The notes under the pieces were generated by a model that saw nothing but the letters and a program-made list of their open reading frames with translations, made no database searches and was not told where the DNA came from. A DNA stretch of 64,000 bases from Selaginella moellendorffii (lineage: Eukaryota > Plantae > Lycopodiophyta), in the NCBI RefSeq assembly GCF_000143415.4, contig NW_003314279.1, forward strand, positions 854,091-918,090, read 5' to 3'. The translations under genes were made by a program, and so were the position numbers. This document shows positions 46,497 through 60,106 of the stretch, piece after piece (position 1 is the first letter of the stretch; each line of letters opens with the position of its first letter).

Positions 46497-46938
46497 CTAA
46501 ACTCTCCAAGACCAAAAAATAAAACTTTTCCTATGCCGTTTCCATTTCTCCGAACAGGAAGAACCAAAAAAACCCAGAACAAAAATTCCCTCCACCTCCT
46601 CCCGTTGCAGTCTTGATTTCTAGACCGTAAGCTCCGGAAAAAATAAAGCCGCTACTGTCTGATTCGAGACTAGGGTCGTCTTCGTCTCTTCGCTTGCTCG
46701 CTCTCTCTCCCTCCCTCTTAACCTACATTACGCGATTCTACGCTGCGATTCTAGTCACTGGACATTCACCTGGAGGACCTAGCGGGCGTGGCGCCTCGCG
46801 TCGCCGAGCTGTGCTCTCTCCCGCTGCCGGACCACCACAAAACCTAATCTAAACACACCGGGGAAACGAATCGAACCACCGACCTCTTTATTATTCCATA
46901 AGCAAACTCCTAGTTCTTGGGCGAGTTCTTCCAGCGCT

Positions 46939-47805
46939 CTAGCTCCTGGCGGCCGGGACCGCGTATCCCTGGAGCATCCTCTCCACGTACTTGCCCAAGA
47001 TGTCCACCTCCAAATTCACCCTGTTGCCCACGGCCTTGCCCGGGATCACCACCCTCTGCTGCGTGAATCCCACCAGCATGAAAGTGAAGGAGCTCTCCTC
47101 GTCGATCACATCCACCACCGTGAGGCTCGTCCCGTCCACCGCGATGTATCCCTTGGGGACGATGTACTTGAGGAGATCCGGGCTCGCCCTCACCTTGATC
47201 CACAGCGAATTCCCCTCAGGTTCCATGGAAACGATGGTGCCGGTGCCATCGACGTGCCCCTGGACGAAATGCCCGCCCATCCGCGAGCTGGGCTGCAGCG
47301 ATCGCTCCAGATTCACCTGCGATCCCGTGGAGACCTCGCCCAGCGATGTTCTTCGCAGCGTCTCGGGCGACAGGCCGACCGTGAAGGCGCCCGCGTCGAA
47401 GGCCGTGACGGTGAGGCAGGTGCCATTCACGGCGATGCTGTCGCCCAGCTTCACGTCGTCCAGGACGATGCTCGCCTCCACGGTCATCTCACAGCCGCCA
47501 TCGTCGCCCACGCTCACGCCGCGCACCCGGCCCATCTCCTCCACAATGCCCGTGAACATGGCCGTGATGGCGCGAGCCCTAGGCCTGTGCTGCTGCTTTC
47601 TTGCGCTCCTCCTCCCCAAGGCCGCCGATCGCCAGGGATTGCCGCCGCCGAGGCTACTGTGGATTGATGCCCTGGCGCAAGCTGCTGATAGATTCCACAC
47701 TGCTGCTGTTGCTGCTGCTACTGCTACTCGACGCGGCGCTGGCGCCGATGCTAGCTGAGATCGCAAAGCGGATGAATTCGCTGCGGCGGGCGACGCGATC
47801 GACAT
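46939..47805 (-). CDS. Riboflavin synthase (alpha chain) with plastid transit peptide
   Basis: MFTGIVEEMG, GDSIAVNGTCLTV, GGHFVQGHVDG and KGYIAVDGTSLTV. Confidence 0.96.
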   Translation of the reverse strand: MSIASPAAANSSALRSQLASAPAPRRVAVAAATAAVWNLSAACARASIHSSLGGGNPWRSAALGRRSARKQQHRPRARAITAMFTGIVEEMGRVRGVSVGDDGGCEMTVEASIVLDDVKLGDSIAVNGTCLTVTAFDAGAFTVGLSPETLRRTSLGEVSTGSQVNLERSLQPSSRMGGHFVQGHVDGTGTIVSMEPEGNSLWIKVRASPDLLKYIVPKGYIAVDGTSLTVVDVIDEESSFTFMLVGFTQQRVVIPGKAVGNRVNLEVDILGKYVERMLQGYAVPAARS

Positions 47806-48156
47806 CGCTGGGATCTCCTCCTATTCACCACCCATTGCCAGCCCTAGACGAAGAGCCCTAATTTCACGAAACTAAAATTCAGCGAAGAAGCCTAAAAATC
47901 CAGTTGTGAGATTTCTCAGCCCGCTGACCGCAGCAGGTGCCCTCGCATTCTTCCTTGCATTCTTTTAGTTCGTTCTTCCACGCGTGTATTTTGTTGCTCT
48001 CATTATTCTAGCTCCAGAGCTCTCGTCAGTTCTTCCGTCACTTCCTTAACGCAATAAACTGATTTGGCACACTCGAGTCCTTGAGAAAGAAGTTACTCTT
48101 GTTCATTTCATATACACAGTCCCAATAGCATCTAGCCAACATCTAATGTCTCATCC

Positions 48157-48290
48157 AAACTTAGACTCAAAACCTGAAGCTTGTTGCATCAGTGGTTCCG
48201 TTGTTATTCACTGTAGTCTATGTTGTGCGAGCCTTGATCGAGCATCAGGTGAGAGCAGAAAAAGGCAACAATTTCTCGAGTTTCAGAAGA
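48157..48290 (+). repeat. Dispersed ~120-bp repeat, second copy at ~52645-52760
   Basis: ACCTGAAGCTTGTTGCATCAGTG...GAGCCTTGATCGAGCA.CAGGTGAGAGCA.AAAA in both places. Confidence 0.8.
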
Positions 48291-49106
48291 GCTTATGCTA
48301 TTCCCAGATTGCTTGCCAGGTTTAGATAGCTGATGGCTGATAAAAGAAGAAGCCAATGGGATGATACAACACAAAGATCTGTGAGGTTCGAAGAAGTCAC
48401 TGAACAGCTCCTGGTTACGTTAAGCCACTGCGAGCGTGGTAAGGGACAAGGAGAAGCTTTTAAGCGTGACTCCACTAGCCTAGTCACACCCACAAGCTTA
48501 CGAGAACGCAATGCACTCGGCACATCGCTCGGTGAAAAATTAAAAGGTGGCGAAGATGAGGAATGATGGAGACAGTATCTCTAGACAATCTCTTGTGCAT
48601 TTTGAGCGATCTGGACAAGAGTCAAGAACCATACATACCGCCTTAAATTACAATAGCAATGCTTCTGATGGTCTGATGCGTGATTTACAGGTATAATTCT
48701 TGGTTTGAGTTCAGCCACTGAGACAAGTTTTCAAAACTATTAAGAGAAGAAAGACCATGCTCTAGCTCAGCTCCACTCTTATTTACATGAGATTGGCATA
48801 GGTGCGGCAAACAAATGCTGCTCGGATGAGTTTCCTGTTAGAGGTAAAGATGTTAGTAGTTTCTATATATTATTGAGATATAGAATTCTTCCTCCTGGTG
48901 TGTACATCTCTTTGCTACTTTCATGGTATTGGAGCAATTGGCTTTTTGATCATGGGCATAGCACTTTTTGGCCAAGTGGCCAATGACAAAACTTGATTGC
49001 AATCCTTCTTGCCATACTTATGAGACATTAAATGTGTTGGATGTTTGAGGTGTTCCATCAAGGCACTTAGCTGTGTAGAGGCGTTGAGAAATAAGCAACA
49101 GCAAGC

Positions 49107-49202
49107 AAAGTATAAAGCAAGTGGGAGATTGAGAGATTTCAGTAACCCATTTCAAAGTATAAGCAAGTGGGAGATTGAAAGATTTCAGTAACCCATTTCA
49201 AA
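49107..49202. repeat. Direct tandem duplication, ~47-bp unit x2
   Basis: AAAGTATAA(A)GCAAGTGGGAGATTGA(G/A)AGATTTCAGTAACCCATTTC occurs twice. Confidence 0.85.
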
Positions 49203-52200
49203 AATTGGGTCAAGATTCAAGAACATTGCATAGTAGTTTTTTATAAGAATTTCTAACAATTAAGGATGTTTATGGAGATTCAAATGCCTAATGAAGTGGG
49301 GTCTAGCAATTCATAAATCCACAATTCTACTATTATATTTACATATAAATTTGTTTATTTTTATTTTTATTTGGCTAGCTCAAACTTAAATATCACCTCT
49401 GAAAATATTGAAAACTACATAATTAATTATTCTACACTTCTTAAAAGTGGTAGATCTTGGTAGTGATAGAGCTTTGACAACTTTTGGATCTTAGGATAAA
49501 ATTAGGAGGAGATCACCTACAAAAATAAAAAATAAAATAAAAAGTATTACAACCATAATATGATAGTGAAATGTATCGAAATTCTTACTTAGACTTTCAA
49601 TCATCCCAACATAATTATGACTTGAACTTTATCCTCTACTTTTGCAAAGCCTAGCCTCACTAATTATGTTTTTAGAAAAATAAGAAAAAATTAGTAAGGT
49701 AATAAGGCAAATCGATAAACATTACCTTTTACTACCTCTTTATATGTGTGGTCTTATTATTTCAGCACCTGATTCTGTTACTCTATTTGAAGGTATTGCT
49801 CTACCAGAAATTTTAACTTTGGGTGATTATGATACTCTAAATGAAAAACCCATTGTTTTACCTATTTAAGATTTTATTTCTCTGGATTATTTAGCCACGG
49901 ATTTTTTTATTATTCACCCTTATAAAGTAAAAAAGTTATTGGATCAAAAAATAAATTTCTCAAACAAGAACTCACAAATTTATACAAGCTTAGAGTAGTT
50001 AATGTCAAAAATATCTTTATTGAGAAGTTTTCCAACTTCAAAAAAATGAATAATATATTTTATACCCTTTCTATATTCCCTTTGAGTGGACGTATATATA
50101 ACACTAGAATTTTATTTTATTTTTATAAGTAGCATAATACTAGAAAAAAACAACTATTTAGTATTTTATATTTTCAATTTACTTATGACCAATAAGTTTT
50201 ATACACACGTTAATTGGTACATTACAAAATTTCATTTTTATTATTACCAAATGTTAAATATATTTTACAATTTAAAAAAACAAAATAATCATACAACTAA
50301 CTAACTAGTTTTCTAAACTACAAGTTCTACCACTCTTAAAATCTTGTGCTTCCCTACCATTGAGTCAAAACAATACCAATTTCCAGATATTTGGAATTTA
50401 TTGTTGCACTAAGCAAACAATAAACATTTCTCAAATCTTTGCTCTCTTAAACAATTATATATATCTTATAAAACTTCTTGAATGCATTATACATAACAAG
50501 TGTAATATATTTGTACAAGTCCACACTTGGTTTATGGTCCATGTTTTCACAGTTCTTGGGATTGACTTTATAATTCTTTGGAAGTCATTATCAATTAGAA
50601 CAAATAAAGAAAGAATTTATATTGTCATGAAAATTAAAACTTATATACTACCTTGGAGAGTTTGCCTCTTGGAATCGATAACATGTATGTCCGGTCAGAC
50701 GAAATGTTCATGAGAAAAACAACACTAGAAGCCTAAACAATTTGGTTGGAGTGGTTGGAAAAGCTCTAACAATATTAACACAAATTTCAACTCATAGATG
50801 TATTTAGAATTAGTAGTTGTACTCTTTATTGTTTCCTTAGTGGACTGTTGATTACAATGTTTGCAATGTTTTTAAATTCACTAAATTACCTTCATAGCAA
50901 AAATATAATGTTCAAAAACTCCAACAGGTTTAAAAATTCTTTTGTCCAATTAATTCTGATCTGGCTTCGATTGTCATAGATTCCTCATGAATCTTGTATG
51001 GAGATGTATGGGAAGTGTGGGCATGCAGCACACGGCTTCAGAGTATTGCAATCGTTGCATTTGCCCATAACAGGCAAATGCAAGAATTTCTGGCCCTCAT
51101 TCGTCAAATGAATTCTTGCAGCTATCAATGGCGATGCGGTGGAGATCCGTGCACTACGCTGCTGGCCTGGATAGCTCCACATCCATTGGCATAGCGCTGC
51201 TCAACTCCTACGGACTACTGTGAATCCCTGCAAAGGGATCAAGCCCGCCCAACCATTGTCGACTGTGCCGATCACCGATGATTATAGCTCTACTGATGGA
51301 GCTATTAAAAGCTGACGCCTAGGGGAGATGAGGGCCTGTGTTTGCCAACAGTAGCGGGATTCTTCTATCCAAGGCGGGTAAGCGTTCTCGTTTTACGAGA
51401 AGCACACCCCAATCACCTGGACGGTGGTGAGAAACACCGGGCAGAAGACCTCTCCAGGCCTGGTTGAAAGACTACTGCTGGAGCATAAGTATGGACACAT
51501 CAACCACGGCCTTTGGAGGATTGAAAGCCATGTCCCGGATGAGGCGATGTACCCCTACTGTCTAATCTCCTCGCGATCCTGGAGCTGGCCAGAGGTTGCA
51601 AACGTATAATTGGAGCTTGATCAGGCTGCGATGCCAGTCTCAACGCCCTGGTTCCACTCGTCTGTCCAGTTCTTGGCGATGATCCCCAGTGGCAGAAGAA
51701 AATCTCGGCGATGGCATGGTCACCAGAGGAGCATCGTAAAGCGGCGGTGGAGGGAGATGGCTAGTTGGGACCTGTCCTCTCGGCTGGAGATCATGACGCA
51801 CAGCCATTGAAGGTCGCCGAAAATCTTGGCTATCGCTAAACCGATGTTCAAGTTCGTGTCCAAAGTGTCGGTATCTCTGCTCCGCTCAATAGTTCGCGTT
51901 CCAGCAGTAGATGAGAACTTCCATATGGCGACTTGCTTGTGGTACCTCTGATGTTGCAGAATAGGAGAGGAGCTGGAAGTTGCACCCCTTGCGTGACTTG
52001 ATGCAGCCTTATTACGATCGCAGAGAGTACTGCAAGAACAGCATAGGTAGATCGACCAGAAAGGGAGAAATTCCAATATCTCCTACAAAGATCACCTACC
52101 TTTAAAAAAAAGTTTAATTGGGTCTCTGGCTGTGGACTGGAACCTGTGACCTTGCCAATAAACAGGTTCCCGTCCAAATTTTACACTAATAACTTGTTAA

Positions 52201-52929
52201 CGTGTTTGTTACTTTCACATTTGAATGAATGGATGTTTCGCCCTGGGGATGGCGCTCAGCTGGCGCGAATGTTTCACAAGCGTTCCTCTTCTAGTTCCAG
52301 GATTGTTTTGGCATAAACTTTGCTTCTCAGAACAAAAAAAGTTTAAACTTCTTGCTCTGGAAGATGGCATGTATGAGCAAGTTTGATTTGATCCATGCAC
52401 CCTCTTGAAGAGCAGAGTTGAGAGGCATCTGGAAATGTCAAGAGTGCTGGAAGCTTGGGTTTTGTTTTTCTCTTTTTTGCAAGATTAAACCAATTTAATT
52501 CAGTTTGATCCTTGTTCCTAAAGAAAGGCCATGTTCAAAAACATGAAACTAAATATTCACCCCCCAAAACAGGAGAGGACAATTGAAAACAATAAACCTG
52601 GAAGCACAAGAATAAACATCCCTGATTTGGTGCAATTAATTAGACTTAGAACCTGAAGCTTGTTGCATCAGTGATTCCTTTGTTATATGGTCCAATCCTG
52701 TGGAGCCTTGATCGAGCACCAGGTGAGAGCACAAAACAGCAATTATTTCTTAAGTTTCAGGAATTTCTCCCTCTTTCTCAGCCAAAACATGCATTTTCTC
52801 GAGTCTGCAGAGGAGGTGGAAACTTCGCCAGCTTTCTGTGCCACAGACCCAGAGCAAATGAGTCCTAAATACGATCCTTGAGTATACTCGACTTATTTTT
52901 GTTTTTTACGAAAACGCATACAATTCATT

Positions 52930-54078
52930 TTATATGTCATAGAGGTATGGATGTGGCTTTGGTGGTGGCCCGAGAGTATTTGGTTGCAATATAACTTTAC
53001 CATGCCATGCTTCTCCATTTACACATGGATTATTGTATCCGTGGTAACGCGCCGTTATGTAGTGAAAGTGTAAATTACCTGAGAGAATGAGAAGGGTGAT
53101 CGATTGATGGAGAGATGGAAATTTACCTGGGATCACGGCAAGGATTGCCTCTAGGTACCTTAAGAGATCTTGGTTGTTCCCTGCTTGGGCTCGCTTGACA
53201 AGGATCCCGTGGTAGTAGAGAAACTCCTCCTCCTTTGCTTGCAACTCGGTACACAGAAGATCAATGGCGTCCTGGATGGTGTGCACGCACGAATCCATGA
53301 GCAAGCTCACGGACAGAATGTTACTGAGCTTTTTCTCGTCCCGGAACTCTTTGGCGAAAGAGAAGAGGTCGTTCACCATCCAGGCATGGTCCGATATTGC
53401 GTCCTGAGCGGCGAGGAAATCCTTGGACCCGGCCACATCGTCCCCAAGACCCAATCCCAGGAACATCTCGATCATCGGGAAGTATGCGGTGATCCAAACG
53501 TTGTCCCTCCTTAGCTCCTTGAACACTTGTGTGCTCTCATAGGCAACATCGAAAGTCTGCGACCACTGCTTGGTGTAAGCAAGGAAGCGATTGAGAGTGG
53601 GCGGAAGCATGAAGGAGCGGATTTCCGGCATGAGCTCCTCGCAGGCTCTGAGAAGAGGAACCTCCGCCGGGAGTATGGCCGGGTAATCGCTTCTGCCGGA
53701 GAAAATGCTCAAGATGGCGTCCCTGTACTGGCAGCTCCGCCCAGCTTGGGAGATCTTGCTCTCGTCCAGCTGATCATCCAGCGCAGTGATCAGCCACGTA
53801 AATTTGCCGCCCAAAAGCGTGCGCCTCTTGGGGCTGCTGGGGGGCGTCAGGAAGGCGGCGAAGATTGGGACCCTCCATTGCGCTAAGCGCTTCTTGTGTT
53901 CCGGGCTTGTGACGCCGAGGTAGCTGAAGATCCATTCGTCCGATTCCTTGCAGATCGAGGTGTAGTCGGGGTGACACTTGACGGGATGGGCAAGGAGGAT
54001 TTGAGGGAGAGAGTAGCTCTTGAGGCTCAGCAAATGTTCTACTGCATGGATCTTGCTGGATGAAACAATAGCCTCCAT
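52930..54078 (-). CDS. MTPSL: Microbial terpene synthase-like protein (single alpha-domain class I TPS), about 366 aa after splicing
   Basis: DDxxD (LDDQLDE), RRDN, NSE/DTE (NDLFSFAKE) and C-terminal RY; probable in-frame 48-nt intron 53126-53079 (GTAAAT...CTCTCAG). Confidence 0.93.
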   Translation of the reverse strand: MEAIVSSSKIHAVEHLLSLKSYSLPQILLAHPVKCHPDYTSICKESDEWIFSYLGVTSPEHKKRLAQWRVPIFAAFLTPPSSPKRRTLLGGKFTWLITALDDQLDESKISQAGRSCQYRDAILSIFSGRSDYPAILPAEVPLLRACEELMPEIRSFMLPPTLNRFLAYTKQWSQTFDVAYESTQVFKELRRDNVWITAYFPMIEMFLGLGLGDDVAGSKDFLAAQDAISDHAWMVNDLFSFAKEFRDEKKLSNILSVSLLMDSCVHTIQDAIDLLCTELQAKEEEFLYYHGILVKRAQAGNNQDLLRYLEAILAVIPGKFPSLHQSITLLILSGNLHFHYITARYHGYNNPCVNGEAWHGKVILQPNTLGPPPKPHPYLYDI

Positions 54079-55346
54079 ACTAGTATGAAAACACTACCAT
54101 GAGCGTCTCTAATTTAACAAAGAATGCATAGAGATTCCTAGAGCATTGCATTAATTCAATAGCAGAATATATACTAATTTAATCACACCTAATTATAGCA
54201 TCAGAGTCAAAGGAGGAATATACTATTTTACCATGAAAATAAATATAAAGCAAAAGAGAAGAAATGAAAAGTTAAAAGAAATCTAGACAATGCAAAAAAT
54301 AAATTTAAAGAAAAAACACACTCCAAACACTCTTCTAAAACAATCAAAATTGCCTTTCATCTTTATCAATGTAATGGAATAGTAATTCAATTAACCTCAA
54401 AACCAGGTCCATGAGGATAGTGCTAGATCGTCGCTACACTGCCATGCCAGACAGAGCCCTGCGCAATCGCCTCCAACGTGAGCCTCGATTTGGGGCGCTC
54501 TACCTCTGCTACCGGATCGATTCGGAGAGCCTGCCAATGATCGGGGATTTGTGTGGGAGATTGGGGCGGGGAATTACTTGGTGCCCATATGCGTGGGAAA
54601 TGTCAATGGGGGCGAGGATTCCACCCCGGTGATTGGTACATTCCAGCAGTGAGACCTGGAATTCAATCTCGTGAAGAAAACGCTGGGCATTAGTAAATTG
54701 CTGGTAGGCATGGGTGGTAGTTGTGCCGATTTATTGACTCCGATGGTAAATTAGAGTTGCGTCAAAGCAAAAAATGGACACTTTAATTAGGTCTGGTTAG
54801 TAATATAATCTTTAGTGTTCTAAGTATATTCCCAATTAAAATAAAGAATTTTTATTTACCCAGAATTTTCATTTATCAGATTCCCAATCACAATATTTTA
54901 TTAAAGTTCTCACATTGCATAAGGAACTCCCCAAGAAGCATTTGAATTGCAACAACACTTTTAAAAAGATACACCCTTCCTAATTTACTTGAAATAGCCG
55001 TGAAATGTCTTTAAATAGTGTTATGTGCACTAATTCATGGCAAGATCTTATAGTTTGTAACCTTCTCTCAGTTTGGCATTTACTAATATAAATTTTTTTG
55101 CGACAGAAATGGCCGCTGCTGCGACGATTGAATTCTCCCAATGAGTTGATCAAGCCAATGCCAAGGACGAACAAGGCCACAACCAAGTCCATCAATTTGC
55201 TGCTCTGCATTTACATGCCATCGCCATATTATATTAGTCTTTCAACGAAGACAAACAGCATTGTGATGCGGTACTCTTGATCGAGATTCCAAGAGACTTT
55301 CAAGAAAAGCATATAAAACGTCAGTTTGCATGGAAGCAGCTGGTAG

Positions 55347-55466
55347 TTGAGCAGTTGGGCAGTTGGAGGAAGATTTTATTCGGGAAGATTTTATTCGCGA
55401 CTGGCTACAAAGTTGAGCAGTTGGAGGAAGATTTTATTCGGGAAGATTTTATTCGCGACTGGCTAC
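55347..55466. repeat. Nested tandem repeat (~58-bp unit x2, each with two GAAGATTTTATTCG)
   Basis: GAAGATTTTATTCGGGAAGATTTTATTCGCGACTGGCTAC at ~55368 and ~55427. Confidence 0.85.
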
Positions 55467-56777
55467 GCCCGGGCATCTCTCTTATTGACTAATAAGAATT
55501 GAACAGACACGACTGGTCAACTTGACATAAGATGGAATCACGAATATTCTCTCGATACAAACAAGACAGTGGCCGATCTAGCCCGGACATGAGGACGAGA
55601 CTTACTCTATTGGGACACCAACAGCACGCCTTCTTCGTAGAAAACATGTGTACGGGTTTCTTACATTTTCGTCCCTGTGGATCCTGAGCTCCATACAGTT
55701 CTTAGCGACGAGGAGCTTTCTGAGCTCTCGAGCATTCTCTATGGCAAGAGGTATTATTCTAGAAGAGCGCTTTTCCGCGGGGACTGACTAGCTTGAAAAA
55801 AATCACAGCTTCTTCAGTCGTGTCTTTAAATCCGTAGCACAGGGGGATGGCTCTAGTCCTCGGCATTCCGAGGACGGGGATGAACAACGAGATGATTTAC
55901 TGGAACCGTTGGAATCGAGGCTTTTGTTTCTAGCCGCGGATATAAGTGCACTAAGTGATCTTTCTTTCTTTTCTTCTAAGTATTATACTACGTCTTAGTG
56001 GTCGGAGTCTCAGATACAACTTTCTTTTACAAGTTCGGCAGAAACTCAAACTCCCGTGCTCCCTGAAACTTTCTATAGAAGCCGAGATCTTCAAGGATCC
56101 TATTCTTGCCGCTCTTGACTTTTTTTCACTCTTTTTTCAGTCCTCTGAAGATTGATGATGATCCGAGTGACGTTGAAACCCTTGTGAGAGAGCTTCCGCG
56201 TAAGGTGAGGACAGATAATCCAAGGAAGGAAAAGCACAAACATTAAACACAGGCGACATGAGCTCACACCCTCCAAGCTTGCGAGGTTTTTGCGCCATGA
56301 CCCATACTGGGATTGGTAACGAGCAGCTTCCACCAGCATTTTTCCAGAAAGCTCCTTCGCCATCTGAACACAGGTTAATTATATCCGAAAACATCACAGG
56401 AATGTACCAATCTTTGGAGTGTGGACATAGGGAGGCTCTAAAAAAGTTACTGTAATCGACCATGATTTCGTGGTATTGTTTTTAAACAGTCGCAGCTCTT
56501 GTAGGGTGGTCAGCTGGCTGCTACAAAACTCGAGTCTCACGCAGCAAGACACGTAACTCACCACAGCTTCTAACAAAGCTAGGAAGTGTTTACTTCGTTT
56601 TTGCTGTGGCCGCTGCGACATACATCGCAGAACTATGATGCCCATGTTGAGATGTTTAGCGCTTCCATTCTTATGAGAAATCTATGTTTCTGCAATCTAT
56701 GGGGAACGTTTATAGCTGATGTTGTAGTGATCACTTTGGGACCGGATTACCTTCGTGTTGTCTGGGCAATCTATGCT

Positions 56778-57817
56778 CTAGATTTCCCAGGCGATTGAAG
56801 ATGGGGGAACCTCTCTGTGAGTCGGTGTATAGGATAGTTGGAAGCTTGTATTGAATGCGTTTTTATATTCCTTGTTCTTGTTGAAGTAGAGACCTATGGA
56901 CTTTCTGCATATGGTAAACTCTAAAATGTGTAAGAGTCCGATGTAGTTATACAATTTAATTGGGAGTGGTAGCACTTCCCATGAATCCTGTCTATTAAGG
57001 TTGTATGTCACTAGCGTCGCTTGCCAACCATCAGGAATCCAGTAGATTACATTCCTGTGAATGTTTATGGAAGTTTTGTAGAAACGTTTGGGAGAGATGC
57101 TCTCTGGTGCCCGGCTTATCATAACTGCGTCCTCCCCTCTTGCCCAAACACACCAGTGCTCTTTCCAAGCAAATAGAGCTTGCCTCCCCACCTTCGAGTT
57201 CACTCCCGAGCTTGACGTGGTGGAGTGAAACGAGCTTGCCATTGTCTGTGCGATAGCTTAGTAGCTTCACCTTTTTCTCGGATCCAAATAGAATGGATGA
57301 TGTTCCCACAAACAGCGGAAGAGGACGTGAGAAACTTCGTGAAATCCCAACTCTTGATATCCTCATTTTGGTTGTGCTCTGTGACCAGCCACTCAGACTT
57401 CCAGGAGCTGAGGACTGCCGTTTGAAAGAATCTACGCAACCGAAATACTACTCGAAAGCTCTGCTCGTGATCCACTAGAGTTGCAATCTCTGTTGCAAAT
57501 GGCAGCCTTAAGGGGTGCCATTTCCACCTATTGAAGAACCAAAAGCCTCTACTTTTCCGGAGCAGAACCAGCCCGGACTGGGAGACTGATTGAATAGATG
57601 TGGATGGAAACTTACCACTTACCCACCAAGTGGCATATGTTGCAAATGGGCAAGCCCTCTTTGTCAGTAAGATGCAGGGCGATGGATCCCTGTAGCGGCA
57701 TGAAAACCACAAAGAATCAATAATCTGTTTCCAAGCGTTGCAAACAGCTCTCGCTCTCAGCAGACTTGGCCCGGGAAGCCTCAAAGGTCTTAATCACTAG
57801 TCATTGTTTAGCATATG
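56778..57817 (-). pseudogene. F-box protein pseudogene
   Basis: F-box-like LPGPSLLRARAVCNAWKQII; continuation is split across three frames (57200-57784, 57031-57366, 56778-57242); stop just upstream of the F-box. Confidence 0.65.
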
Positions 57818-57991
57818 CTGTTCCAGTGAGCAAACACTATTTTGATTATCATTATTACATTGAAAATAATGTCTGTGCAAGTAATTGCTGCAACACAAAA
57901 ACCTAGACATCCAACAAATAAAAGACCAAACTGCTCACTGTTTGCATCTTAATGTCCTCTTCAACTAGAAATATAAGTTGCTTAAGTTCTC

Positions 57992-58685
57992 TTACAAAAC
58001 TTGGATGTCTTTGAGTTTCTTGTTTATCTCATGAATTATAGCCCAAACCAATCTCTTTTGCAAGGTGCGAACTTCTTTGCCAAGTTCATCCATTTGTTCC
58101 GCATGGAGAAGTTTTTCTTCTATCTTTACTAAATCTTGTTCAAGCACTTCAGAAGATTTCTTGTCTTTTTGAAGGAAATCATCACACACTTGAATAGTCT
58201 TCGTGTTCATATCCGGCAATTTTGAGACTTTCTCCAAAAGTGTTGCCTTGAAGTAAAACTATAGTATAAGCATATGTTAGACCACCTTCAGCTTGGAAAC
58301 AAAAGCAATTGTTACCTTGAATTTCTCTTTCTTGCTACCAGTACTCAAAAAATCTTGACTCATGTCTTGAGACATAATCACACATGGGTTTTTTGCGTCA
58401 ATCTAGAAAAAAAAGAGGTGACAATAGGAAAGTAGAAAATTTTAAAAATACAATGTTAACTTACATTGAGATGGTCGATCACATCGCACAAATCCTACTT
58501 GTTTGAAGAAAGTTTTTCACCTAGAATACACAATACAAAAGAAGTAAATCCCTTGCACAATAGAAAACTAACCTTAGTGATTTTTCAAGATAATAGTGTT
58601 GCTTCCAGCAGTGATTCTCCGCTCAATCACTATCATCTTGCCATATAGATTTCATTTTTTAACTCTACCACACCCAAAGCAAACT
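57992..58685 (-). pseudogene. SMC6: SMC6-like gene fragment (four intron-separated exons of the N-terminal head/coiled-coil)
   Basis: YGKMIVIERRIT, IDAKNPCVIMSQDMSQDFL...KEKFK|FYFKATLL and LQKRLVW resemble plant SMC6 (NPCVVMSQDKSREFL..KFFFKATLL). In-frame stops; no Walker A or C-terminal exons found. Confidence 0.8.
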
Positions 58686-58772
58686 TGGAACTGAAACAAT
58701 GCTAAAAGAAGGTGTAGACAAATTGATTAGATCTTGACACAAATCATATCAGGACATGGCTCATTCTAGTAG

Positions 58773-59091
58773 TGTTGACGTAGTGCCTCATATTTGGATT
58801 GTGAATCAGCAGTAGTGGCAAGGGCTCTCTCGCCATTTTATAAACCCCAAAAAAACATTACCAAACAAGGCCATTCACTTGACAAACCATAGGTGTAGTC
58901 ATGATTAACACATTGCATGTGACATGTGTTGCAGCCCCTTCCTCTCTTGCCCCATGTAGCTTGGCCACCTCCCATTGGCTGAGAATAAACATTAGCATGA
59001 TTATTTGCTAAGATGTGTTAAAGAAATAACCCCTTTTACCCCCATTGGATGGCTACAATTGGCTAGATCTGGCAGCATAGAAAGTTCAACA
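58773..59091 (-). repeat. Possible isolated LTR (319 bp) with adjacent PPT
   Basis: TGTTGA/TCAACA inverted termini; purine tract AAGGAGGGAG directly precedes it on the minus strand; TATAAA at ~58838. Confidence 0.45.
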
Positions 59092-60106
59092 CTCCCTCCT
59101 TATTATGATAGATAGTTAACCAATTAAATGTGGTTAGTTTGATAAAGGAAACCAAGGAGCCCGTTTGATCATTCTGTTGAGTCCAATTCATTAGTTTCAT
59201 TAATAAATAATAATTATTATTATTAAGCAAACCAAGTGTTGTTACATATAATGCAACAAAATATTATACCACTTTTTCATATTTATAAAAAGGTTTCTTC
59301 AAAGATAAGGAATATATTAAAGGAATCTAATGCATCTTCATGAGTAAGATGCTTTAATGGCTCATATTGGAGGAAGGTCATGTATAAAGTAGAAAAGTCA
59401 TCATGATTTGATTTCAAAGAAGACAATTGATAAAAAACAGCTTAGCATATTAGCAATCAAATGAAAGAGCACTTAGAATGAATTTTACTTTTTTAGGGTG
59501 GAGTCACATTAAAAGGACTATGGGGTGTTTTATATTCAAGAGAGTTTTATATGTACTATTTAGTTCTTATTGGGGGAATATACATTTTATCAAATGTTAT
59601 AGCTATGGTGCTCTTCAAGGAGCACAAACTAGACCAATATTAAATTTGCAAACTCAATAGTTGAGCTCACAAGCTGCACTCAATCTTCATTTGTAATTTT
59701 CTACAAATGTTATATATTTCAAAAAAACCTAAAGTTAATAGTAAAATTTATTTTATCCTATATTTTAATAACTTGATATGCCATGCAGGAATGCTTGGTT
59801 TACTTCATTTCTCTTTATGTAGATGAATATAGAAAGTAATTCATTTCTTTTGTCTAAATTAAATTAAAGTTAAATATAAAATCAATAAAGTTGTTAAAAA
59901 CCAATAGTTTAGAAAACCAAGAGCAAAATAAAAATTATTATAATTAAAAATACAAAATATATGTAAAGATTATGCATGTCACAATCCAAGTTGTGATGGA
60001 GATTTACACTAGGATCTGCTGATTATGATTGGAGAGAGATTTATGTGCTTGGTCCATAGGAAGACCTGAAGTATAAAATGAGTGCATCATGTTTTCAATC
60101 ATTTTC

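Noticed and set aside
50960-52200. GC-richer stretch resembling a decayed gene
   Set aside because: Only short stop-interrupted frames, with no family signature I can support.
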